Origin: an uncultured virus (IMG/VR IMGVR_UViG_3300029977_000134)
Taxonomy: Duplodnaviria > Heunggongvirae > Uroviricota > Caudoviricetes
Strand: one strand, 5' to 3'
Length of the DNA stretch: 64,000 bases
IMG/VR virus record: IMGVR_UViG_3300029977_000134
Shown here: piece by piece, positions 21,465 to 28,971 of the stretch
Numbering within the stretch: the first letter of the stretch is position 1
How the letters are laid out: every line of letters starts with the position of its first letter
The notes under the pieces: model-generated
Told to the model about the DNA's origin: nothing
The model's input: the letters and a program-made list of their open reading frames with translations, nothing else
Database searches by the model: none
Made by a program: the position numbers and the translations under genes

Positions 21465-21860
21465 TTAATCCTGAGGCAAAACGATATCTAATAACCTATC
21501 TAAAGCTATTTTATAAAGGTCATCAAGGAATTCTTCAACGCTTTCAATCTGAAAAGTCCCTCTCCGATTAGCGTCAAATCCCCCCGACGCTACCGCTACA
21601 TACGAACTACCTAACCGCTTAATCTTCGGTGCAAGCCTATCTATCTCGGACCTTATAGCTTCCTGACTGGCCTGTAATAGGTTATTTACGCTTTTAATCC
21701 GTTCTTCCCAATTCTCTACACCTAATAACGCTCCACCACCTATCTTACTATGCACCTGCTCAAGTACCTCATTTACCCATTCCTCTATATCTTCATCGAA
21801 TATCAGTACTATAGGGCTTCCTAACCTTTCCTCAATACTAGCCCGCTTGCCTCTACTCAT
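21465..21860 (-). CDS. Acidic hypothetical protein, family F
   Basis: PIVLIFDEDIEEWVNEV..YVAV..G.F..EEFLDDLY; AGGAGG RBS. Confidence 0.75.
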   Translation of the reverse strand: MSRGKRASIEERLGSPIVLIFDEDIEEWVNEVLEQVHSKIGGGALLGVENWEERIKSVNNLLQASQEAIRSEIDRLAPKIKRLGSSYVAVASGGFDANRRGTFQIESVEEFLDDLYKIALDRLLDIVLPQD

Positions 21861-21917
21861 TTCCTATTTGCCTCCTTATCTTTATATCTTTCTAATATTT
21901 TACACATTGCTGGCTTA

Positions 21918-21946
21918 AATATAGTATCATCCACTCGAATTGTCAA
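21918..21946 (-). promoter_or_regulatory. sigma70-type promoter (leftward)
   Basis: TTGACA-17-TATATT on - strand. Confidence 0.75.
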
Positions 21947-21970
21947 GCTCCCAACTATCATAACTTACAT

Positions 21971-21999
21971 ATTATAATCCAACTACCTCGGATTGTCAA
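21971..21999 (-). promoter_or_regulatory. sigma70-type promoter (leftward, perfect consensus)
   Basis: TTGACA-17-TATAAT on - strand. Confidence 0.85.
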
Positions 22000-22209
22000 G
22001 TCTCATATTACCTTAACCCGCATATTTATAACCCAACTACCTCGAATGGTAAATACCCATTACTCCCTCTTTGTACCTCTGCATCCCATCAAAGTTTTTC
22101 TACAGGGTTCCGGCTTTATTCAGTATTTTCGACCTTCCCCTTATACCAACCTTTTAACCCGTTCTACCCAATCCTTTCCACGCCCTTTCTCCCTTCCTGT
22201 AAAACCGTT

Positions 22210-22935
22210 ATCTCTAACTACCATTTTTTACCACCTTCCACCACCTACTACCACTATATACCACCTTGTACCATACCTTATTACCTTACACCTTTATATA
22301 ATATACCCGACCTTACTATATACTACTTACTACCACCTTTTACCACTATATACCACCTTATAACCGTTTATACCACTACTGACCATCTGTACTACTATTA
22401 ACCGTTAATACCATTACCTACCGTTTATACCTTTTTACCGTTATAACCGTTTTACCTTTGTTAGCTGTCTGTACCATTATTAACCGTTAATACCATTACC
22501 TACCGTTTATACCTTTTTACCGTTTTGACCATTATAACCATTTACAACCGTTAATACCATTGCCGACCGTCTGTACCAGATTATAACCGTTTACACCTGA
22601 TAATACTGTCATTGACCGTTTAACATTAATACTAACCGCTTACACCTTTTACCGTTTTGAACTGTTTAACCGTTTATAACCGTTTACCCTGTTATAACCG
22701 TTTTATATGTATTGGCTGTCTGGATTGCTGTTAACCATTTGTACAATTGTTTACCATTAATACCACTATAACCGTTTGTAACCGTGTGACCCATTATAAC
22801 CGTTATAACCGTTTTTACTCTGGTGACCTGTTATAACCGTTTTACCTGGGTGACCGTTTACACCGTTTACCCTGTTATAACCGTTTTACCTGGGTGAAAG
22901 TGGAAACCGGTAAACCGGTGAAACTGGGAAACCGC
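22210..22935. repeat. Non-coding degenerate repeat tract rich in (T)ATAACCGTT/TACC
   Basis: Dozens of ACC(G/A)TT cores; perfect 47-bp direct repeat 22396-22442/22478-22524 and 27-bp repeat 22827-22853/22871-22897. Confidence 0.85.
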
Positions 22936-23114
22936 CCACGCCACACCCGTTCGCATTACGAACAATTTAAAACCGTTGATACGCAAGGCTTTCAAGCGTT
23001 AATTTTTACTCAATTTTTTAAACTTTTCAAGTTAAGTTAAAAAACCTTGCAAGTTATTGATTTTCAATTATTTAGATAAACTAAAAAATTGCAATTTTGA
23101 AGTTAAACCGAATT

Positions 23115-23162
23115 CCTTGATTTTTCAAGGCATTTGACAATCTATGGGTGGGGCTTTATAAT
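23115..23162 (+). promoter_or_regulatory. sigma70 promoter with upstream palindrome CCTTGA-N4-TCAAGG
   Basis: Palindrome 23115-23130, TTGACA 23134, 17-nt spacer, TATAAT 23157. Confidence 0.9.
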
Positions 23163-23216
23163 TTTATTGCTTGCAAAAGCAAGCAATAAAACTAAAACCA
23201 AAAAAGGAGGGTAAAA

Positions 23217-23537
23217 ATGAGGACAGTAAAGACAATAAAAAAACAAGTAAAAAGAGAAGTGGTAGAGACACTAAAAGAATACCAAAGAATCAAAAGACTG
23301 ATGAGTGAGCTTGAGGAAAAGGTAAAGAAAATAAAGGAAGAGTTTTCAGAAGTGGATGGGATCGTAGAACTGGTCTATAGGGGATCGCTGATAGGTAAAA
23401 TACAAGTAGTTGAAACGACAAGACTTTCTATCCCTGATGAACTTAAAGCTGAATTAATAAAGAAGTATGGTGTAAAAGAAAAGCAGTTAAGGTTAATGAT
23501 AAACCTCCCTACTCCTCCTTCTTCTAAGGAGGAGTAG
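23217..23537 (+). CDS. Small coiled-coil/beta protein, paralog family D
   Basis: Similar to ORFs at 39351 and 43772 (Y[RK]G..I[GA]K[IV]..V...R); AGGAGG RBS. Confidence 0.8.
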   Translation: MRTVKTIKKQVKREVVETLKEYQRIKRLMSELEEKVKKIKEEFSEVDGIVELVYRGSLIGKIQVVETTRLSIPDELKAELIKKYGVKEKQLRLMINLPTPPSSKEE

Positions 23538-23545
23538 GAAATCGA

Positions 23546-23578
23546 GCCCCTGCCCTTGGAGGGGGCGGGGGTTTTTTA
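23546..23578 (+). terminator. Intrinsic terminator
   Basis: GC-rich hairpin GCCCCTGCCCT..GGGGCGGGGG followed by a T-run. Confidence 0.8.
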
Positions 23579-23612
23579 TTTTTTAAAAAATTTATTTTTT
23601 TGAAAATTTTTT

Positions 23613-23754
23613 ATACTGTGAAAAGATTTTTATCTTTTCACAGTATGTTTATTTTTTATCTAATCAAAAGTTAAAAACTTTTGATTAGATAAAAATTTTA
23701 TTTTTTATTTTCTATCCTTAAGACGGTTAAAAATTTTTAACCGTCTTAAGGATA
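23613..23754. repeat. Cluster of long inverted repeats (module 1)
   Basis: 15-bp arms 23613-23646, 20-bp arms 23653-23695, perfect 42-bp palindrome 23713-23754. Confidence 0.9.
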
Positions 23755-23813
23755 TAATCATTACAATTTTGTAATCATTACATTTTTGTAATGATTACAA
23801 GGTTAAACGGTTT

Positions 23814-23966
23814 TCAATTTTAAAACCGTTCCAAGTTTGAAATCTTTTCAATTTTAAAATCTTTCCAAGTTTAAAACCTTTTCAATTTTGAAATTAAACC
23901 AAGTTTGAACTTTTTTCAATTTTGAACTTTTTTCAATTCTGGATCCTCTTCAGTTTTGGAATTGTT
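23814..23966. repeat. Degenerate tandem array, 9 x 17 bp
   Basis: YCAA(T/G)TTT(G/A)AA-type units start every 17 nt: 23814, 23831, 23848, 23865, 23882, 23899, 23916, 23933, 23950. Confidence 0.85.
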
Positions 23967-24110
23967 GCATTCCCTGGGCTTGTAGTCAATCCGTTTAGTT
24001 ATATGGCTTTTTATATCCTTATTCGTTAGTATAAGAAATTAGGTTAATAAGCTTAAAACTTACTTAACGGTTTAGGGTCGATCGTGGAATTCCTTGGTAA
24101 ATAAAGGAAT

Positions 24111-24139
24111 TTGACAATCCAAGTTTAACGGTGTATAAT
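24111..24139 (+). promoter_or_regulatory. sigma70 promoter
   Basis: TTGACA-17-TATAAT; upstream CCTTGGTAAATAAAGG. Confidence 0.9.
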
Positions 24140-24171
24140 TTTATCACTAACAAACAAAAAGGAGGTATAAA

Positions 24172-24657
24172 ATGATTGATGTAATCAATACAAGATATGG
24201 GGATATAGCAATAGAGGATGTAGTATGGCATAGAGGAATTATTCCCTTACCAAGAGGGACAATGGAAGTAAGCGACAAGGTAGTCGAAAAACTGGCTAAA
24301 GCATACGGGCTCGACAAAAAATGGGATCTCGTTAGGGAGTTTCTTGAATACTGCAATATATTCATATACTCTGTTGATTTTTCTACAAGTTATACTGAGT
24401 TTCTGTATCCTGGTGGTCCTGATCTTGGTTTTAATTGTGTGGTGGATTGGGTTGAAGAAAGCATTTCTGATGATGATATAGAGGATTTTTCGCAATATGT
24501 GTCTTCTCGGGATAGAAAGTTCCTAAAGGAAAATAAGAAGAATATTGAGGATTTTCTTGAGGGGATCAACGACATCTACTACAAAATGTTAGGTTATCTT
24601 GATGATTACATAGAATCATTGAAGGAAGAATTATACAACGAAGAGGAAGGCGATTAA
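24172..24657 (+). CDS. Acidic hypothetical protein, paralog family E
   Basis: Clear paralog of 59377-60012 (WHRG.IPLP.GTM, EFLEYC, SYTEFL.PG.PDLG). Confidence 0.8.
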   Translation: MIDVINTRYGDIAIEDVVWHRGIIPLPRGTMEVSDKVVEKLAKAYGLDKKWDLVREFLEYCNIFIYSVDFSTSYTEFLYPGGPDLGFNCVVDWVEESISDDDIEDFSQYVSSRDRKFLKENKKNIEDFLEGINDIYYKMLGYLDDYIESLKEELYNEEEGD

Positions 24658-24664
24658 TTAGGGG

Positions 24665-24699
24665 GGAGGCGAGGCTTTTTGCCTCGCCTCCATTTTTTT
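24665..24699 (+). terminator. Intrinsic terminator
   Basis: GGAGGCGAGGC-TTTTT-GCCTCGCCTCC followed by a T-run. Confidence 0.85.
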
Positions 24700-24730
24700 G
24701 GGAATGTGTTGCATTGTGTTTTAATAGTTT

Positions 24731-24935
24731 TAAATTTTAAAACGGTTTATTTTATCAACCGTTTTAAAATTTACAGGATAAAACCTAAACTCCATAAAGT
24801 TTTTGTAAAAACTTTATGGAGTTTATTTTAAGAAAGCATTAAATCTATACAATAGTTTATAAACACTTGTATAGATTTAATGCTTTTATTCTTAAATACT
24901 TTATAATCATTACAAACTTGTAATGATTATAAAGT
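24731..24935. repeat. Cluster of long inverted repeats (module 2)
   Basis: Arms of 17 bp (24731-24773), 19 bp (24786-24825), 20 bp (24833-24886) and 18 bp (24898-24935). Confidence 0.9.
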
Positions 24936-24945
24936 TCAACGGTTT

Positions 24946-25132
24946 TCAATTTTAAACTGATTCCAATCCTCAACTCATTCCAACCCTGCAACCGTTTCAA
25001 CTTTGCAACCATTCTAATTTTGTAATCATTTCAACCTTGCAACCATTCCAACCTTTCAATTATTATAGTTTTTAAGTTCCTTCAATTTTTAAACCGCTTC
25101 AATTCTGAACCTATTACAATTTTAAACTTTAT
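24946..25132. repeat. Degenerate tandem array, about 11 x 17 bp
   Basis: YCAA-type units start every 17 nt from 24946 to 25116. Confidence 0.8.
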
Positions 25133-25241
25133 CAAGGCTTATTAAATGTAAACCTTTGTTATACTTTAAGGCGGGTGCTTACCTGTTTAAGGTTTTAAGG
25201 GTGTAAGGTCAATCTTGGAATTCCTTGATAAATAAAGCTAT

Positions 25242-25270
25242 TTGACAATCCACCTTCAAGGCTTTATACT
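25242..25270 (+). promoter_or_regulatory. sigma70 promoter
   Basis: TTGACA-17-TATACT; upstream CCTTGATAAATAAAGC. Confidence 0.85.
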
Positions 25271-25300
25271 TTTAGCATAACAAAACAAGGAGGTTAAAAA

Positions 25301-25684
25301 ATGAAAATATATAAACCAAAAAAACTAAGTAAAGATGATATAGAGTTTATTGACACATGGGGGAGCTTGGGACGGGTTGATGATTTCGTTTATGCGGTTC
25401 TGAGGGTTGGTTTAGAATGCCCTTTAGACATTGAAGGGTGTGACGATGATGTTTGTGACGACGCCTTCTGGATAGAGTGGTTCGACAAGCAATATTATAG
25501 AATGATAAACTTCGACAGGTTCGCTGCAAGAATGGCTCTAAAGATCTTGGAGTTTAATAAGGACATCTTACAGCAAAACGGGTTTAAATATGAGTTAATA
25601 GATATTTCAGGGCTTACTTCAAAACTTAAAGAAAAACTCGATGATATATGGGATTTTGTTAAATTAGTAAAAAAGGAGGTGTAA
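25301..25684 (+). CDS. Hypothetical protein
   Basis: 127 aa, AGGAGG RBS, own promoter. Confidence 0.8.
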   Translation: MKIYKPKKLSKDDIEFIDTWGSLGRVDDFVYAVLRVGLECPLDIEGCDDDVCDDAFWIEWFDKQYYRMINFDRFAARMALKILEFNKDILQQNGFKYELIDISGLTSKLKEKLDDIWDFVKLVKKEV

Positions 25685-25960
25685 AATGTAAAAAGACCTT
25701 GCTAAAAAGGCGGACCGCTCTAAACGGGCGGTCCGCCTGTCAACCGTTGATAATGGGGCTTGCTTTTATAATTGTTTAAAGGATTATAGAAGCAAGCCCC
25801 CCCTTTTAATGTTGAGATCCCTTTTACTTTTTTACCATTATACCTTTTTTAGTTTTTAACTTTTAAAACAATTGTTTGTAATGCGAACGGTTCAACACTC
25901 TAACGGTTTTAACTGTTATTATGGGTTCAACCCTTTAAATCTATTGATAAATAAAGGAAT

Positions 25961-25989
25961 TTGACAATACGGGTTTAAGGGTGTATAAT
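25961..25989 (+). promoter_or_regulatory. sigma70 promoter
   Basis: TTGACA-17-TATAAT. Confidence 0.9.
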
Positions 25990-26018
25990 TTTACCATAAC
26001 AAAACAGGAGGTTTTAAA

Positions 26019-26268
26019 ATGAGAGTAAGAAAAATAAAACTGAGTAAGAAAAGTCCAATAAAGACCCTCCTAAAGAATTATGGAGTAGGGGGGGTCTGAG
26101 AATTATGAGTGGGAACAGATAAACGGCGTGCTTCAAGGAATAAAGCTTATCCTTGAGAATACGGGTTCTATTGAACTCTACCAAGTCGCTAAAATCTTAA
26201 TGAAACTGAGCGACTATCCATTAGTGGTGGAAACCGCTTTAGAGGAACTTGAGGAATGGGGGCTGTGA
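26019..26268 (+). pseudogene. Small gene (about 82 aa) frameshifted at a G7 tract
   Basis: AGGAGG + ATG 26019; frame stops at 26097-26099, but removing one G from 26088-26094 gives a continuous ORF to TGA 26266-26268, just before a terminator. Confidence 0.65.
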
Positions 26269-26285
26269 GGATAGAAAAAAGGAAT

Positions 26286-26320
26286 GGGGGCTGGGCTTTA
26301 AGGCTCAGCCCCCTTTTTTG
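26286..26320 (+). terminator. Intrinsic terminator
   Basis: GGGGGCTGGGC..GCTCAGCCCCC followed by a T-run. Confidence 0.8.
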
Positions 26321-26383
26321 TTTTAAGGGGGTGCTATGTCAATTAATTATGTAAACCTTAAAACCGTTGAAAAATCAAGGCAT

Positions 26384-26412
26384 TTGACAATCCATTTTTT
26401 AGGGTGTATAAT
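26384..26412 (+). promoter_or_regulatory. sigma70 promoter
   Basis: TTGACA-17-TATAAT; upstream CGTTGAAAAATCAAGG. Confidence 0.9.
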
Positions 26413-26443
26413 TTATAAACTAACAAAACAGGAGGGTTAGAAA

Positions 26444-26638
26444 ATGGTAAGCAAGATAAAAAAGCTGATCATCCTCTACTCTGAGGATGATCAAGAACTA
26501 AAAGATATGCCCCTTTATAAGCTTGAAGGGGCTTGTGACCTCTGTAAGAAGGAGAGTGATGTTATGTATGTTCTGAGGCTTTACGATGGGAATATTTATG
26601 TTGTCTGTGAAAACTGTTTTAACAAGTTAAACTTTTAG
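26444..26638 (+). CDS. Small zinc-ribbon protein
   Basis: 64 aa with CDLC...CENC; RBS and promoter. Confidence 0.7.
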   Translation: MVSKIKKLIILYSEDDQELKDMPLYKLEGACDLCKKESDVMYVLRLYDGNIYVVCENCFNKLNF

Positions 26639-26664
26639 GAATGGTTTAAGAAAGGGGGTGTAAA

Positions 26665-26949
26665 ATGAAAAACTATAAAAAAGCTTATATACTGTCAACA
26701 GTTCACGGCACAGTGCAGATCGGGACGGTTGTTTATTGTGTCCCGACTGGTGAAAGGTTTAAGGCTTCAATGAAAGGGCTTAAAAATTATCCCTATGTCT
26801 TGGTGGATGGGAATGGTTTTGAGGCGGCAAAAACGGCTTTACGGGTTTACGGTTCTATTGATTTATCAAGGAATTTGACAAGACGGGTTTTGAGGTGTAT
26901 AATTTATAAACTAACAAAACAAAAAGGAGGTTTAGAATGGAAAAATTGA
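26665..26949 (+). CDS. Hypothetical protein (3' end overlaps the next promoter)
   Basis: GGGGGTG RBS + ATG; C-terminus reads through promoter DNA, so it may be truncated. Confidence 0.5.
   Translation: MKNYKKAYILSTVHGTVQIGTVVYCVPTGERFKASMKGLKNYPYVLVDGNGFEAAKTALRVYGSIDLSRNLTRRVLRCIIYKLTKQKGGLEWKN
26875..26903 (+). promoter_or_regulatory. sigma70 promoter
   Basis: TTGACA-17-TATAAT; upstream TTGATTTATCAAGG. Confidence 0.9.
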
Positions 26950-27839
26950 ACAAGGTAAGTATAAAAAAGAATGAGAACCCTTTAGTGGTGATGCATAACA
27001 TCCTATCCTCTGTTTTCCCTCAAGGTGAGATCAAGTTCCGTAAGGTTAACATAACTGACTTTGTTAAAGATGATTCCTTACGCAGTAAGTTTAGTGAGCA
27101 CCCCGCCTATGTCCATAGGAACGATAAAAGGTATGCCGCAGAGTATTTAATGGACTCAACCACCTTTGAAAAACAAGACCTTATACTCACAACATCCCTA
27201 TTAGGGTTTAACATAACGGGCAAGTTTACCTTTATGGGTGAGGTCTCAAGGTTTTACATTCCTGCGGGTCTTGTATATTCCATAATTAATAATAGGATAG
27301 AGACTTCAATTCCGAAGGATGTAATTAACCTAATAGCAATAATAGATAACCCCGCTGTGGTGGTCTTTGATATGGACGGTGGTGGGGAGTATATGGGCGT
27401 TGATAAAAAGTTTTATATAGGATCTCTTACCTATCTTTTCAAAGAAAGTGGTAAATACCTTGTGGTTGCTCCGTTTAACGGTTTTGACTACAACACACCG
27501 CAAGCGAAGTCTACCGCTTTAAGGTTCTTTGAGTTTTTCCTTAATTTAACTCAATTCTTTAATGAGAATAAAAAGGTAACCCCGTTTTGCTATGAGATTT
27601 TAAAACCTAAACTCCTTACAAGACCATTAATTGAAAAGTTTTTAGGTCGTTATTATTCCGACCCTGCACACGAACACAGTTTAGGGGTGGTTGGGGCGGT
27701 AAATGTGGCTGTAAATGAGTATATAATAAATAAGGTAAATGAGGCTTACTCGAAGGCAAGGAATTCCTTTAACTTTCTTGGTCAAGACCCGATAGAGGCT
27801 TTAGAGAACTTCATTGAACTTCTAAAGGTTTTAGGTTGA
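26937..27839 (+). CDS. Paralog superfamily, subfamily C (about 300 aa)
   Basis: YSIINNRIETSIP, LRFFEFFLNLTQF and FLGQDPIEALENF shared with 32048 and 44977. Confidence 0.85.
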   Translation: MEKLNKVSIKKNENPLVVMHNILSSVFPQGEIKFRKVNITDFVKDDSLRSKFSEHPAYVHRNDKRYAAEYLMDSTTFEKQDLILTTSLLGFNITGKFTFMGEVSRFYIPAGLVYSIINNRIETSIPKDVINLIAIIDNPAVVVFDMDGGGEYMGVDKKFYIGSLTYLFKESGKYLVVAPFNGFDYNTPQAKSTALRFFEFFLNLTQFFNENKKVTPFCYEILKPKLLTRPLIEKFLGRYYSDPAHEHSLGVVGAVNVAVNEYIINKVNEAYSKARNSFNFLGQDPIEALENFIELLKVLG

Positions 27840-27884
27840 GGGGGAACTGTTATGATGGTTAAAACCGTTGAAAAATCAAGGTAT

Positions 27885-27913
27885 TTGACAATACACCCTA
27901 AAAGGTGTATAAT
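27885..27913 (+). promoter_or_regulatory. sigma70 promoter
   Basis: TTGACA-17-TATAAT; upstream CGTTGAAAAATCAAGG. Confidence 0.9.
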
Positions 27914-27951
27914 TTTAACACTAACAAAAAACAATAAAAGGAGGTGTAAAA

Positions 27952-28962
27952 ATGGCTGTGTATACCCTAAATGAAGCGAAGGAAGTGGTAAAAAAGCTCC
28001 ACCCATTGGGAATACCTATCCTCCTCAATGGTGGGACAGGTGTCGGTAAGACCTCACTTGTGAGGGAACTCTCTGAAGAGCTCGGACTCCCTCTCATTGA
28101 TATAAGGCTTGCAACAGAGCTCCCTGAAAATGTCGGCGGTGTCCCTCAGGTGGTTGACAGCTCTTACTTTATAAAGGTTCTGAATAAGGACTTCGCCCCC
28201 GCTTTTGAAAATGGGGCTATCCTATTTTTTGATGAGATTAACCGCTCTATCTCATGGGTAAGGAATGCTGCAATGAGTGTCTTCTTTGAAAGGACGCTTG
28301 GTGGAAGGAAGCTCCACCCTAACACACTTGTTATAGGTGCAACTAATATGGGGATCGACTTTAAGGACACCGATGTTCTGGATAAGGCTCTGCTTGCAAG
28401 GTTTGCTATACTGAACATTGTTACTGATGCTGAGGAGCTTGTCAATTACCTCGATGCAAGGTATCCACTTTCCGCCTCAGTTGTGGCTTCTAAACTTCAG
28501 GTTCTTTCTAACAAGCTGTATGAGGAGAACAGGTATGACCAACTTGTCCCGACCTTTACACCAAGAAATGTTGAGTTCGCCGCTAAAGTCATTGAGACTT
28601 ACCATAATGACCCACTTCTAAGAAAGATACTGTATGCGGTTATCTCTCCCGATATTGCGGATATTTTGCTTGCTGACCTTGACTTTACCACTGTTAGAAA
28701 AATCCTTGCTGGCGAGGATGTTGAGGTCGAGGATGCCAAGATACCAACCATCCTTGCGGTTATCTCTTCTATGAAGCTGAATGAGAATGAGTTTATGAAT
28801 GCTCTGAAGTTCGCTAAGAAAGTGTTTGAAAAATTCAAAGTCGAGGACAGCATAGTTGGTTTTCTTTCTAATCTTGGCAGGAAGAATAGGGAGCTTGTCA
28901 TAAAGAACATCTCGACAATAAATAAGGAATTTCCTAATTTGAAGAATGCTTTGACACTGTAA
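27952..28962 (+). CDS. MoxR-like AAA+ ATPase (copy 1)
   Basis: Walker A GGTGVGKT, Walker B LFFDEINR, sensor GATN, ALLARF, TPR. Confidence 0.9.
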   Translation: MAVYTLNEAKEVVKKLHPLGIPILLNGGTGVGKTSLVRELSEELGLPLIDIRLATELPENVGGVPQVVDSSYFIKVLNKDFAPAFENGAILFFDEINRSISWVRNAAMSVFFERTLGGRKLHPNTLVIGATNMGIDFKDTDVLDKALLARFAILNIVTDAEELVNYLDARYPLSASVVASKLQVLSNKLYEENRYDQLVPTFTPRNVEFAAKVIETYHNDPLLRKILYAVISPDIADILLADLDFTTVRKILAGEDVEVEDAKIPTILAVISSMKLNENEFMNALKFAKKVFEKFKVEDSIVGFLSNLGRKNRELVIKNISTINKEFPNLKNALTL

Positions 28963-28971
28963 GGAGGCAAA

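Noticed and set aside
22046..22363. 105-aa ORF in the ORF track
   Set aside because: Low-complexity translation of the repeat tract; no RBS
22210..25132. CRISPR array
   Set aside because: The repeats are degenerate and contiguous, or are palindromes; there is no constant repeat alternating with unique 30-40-nt spacers
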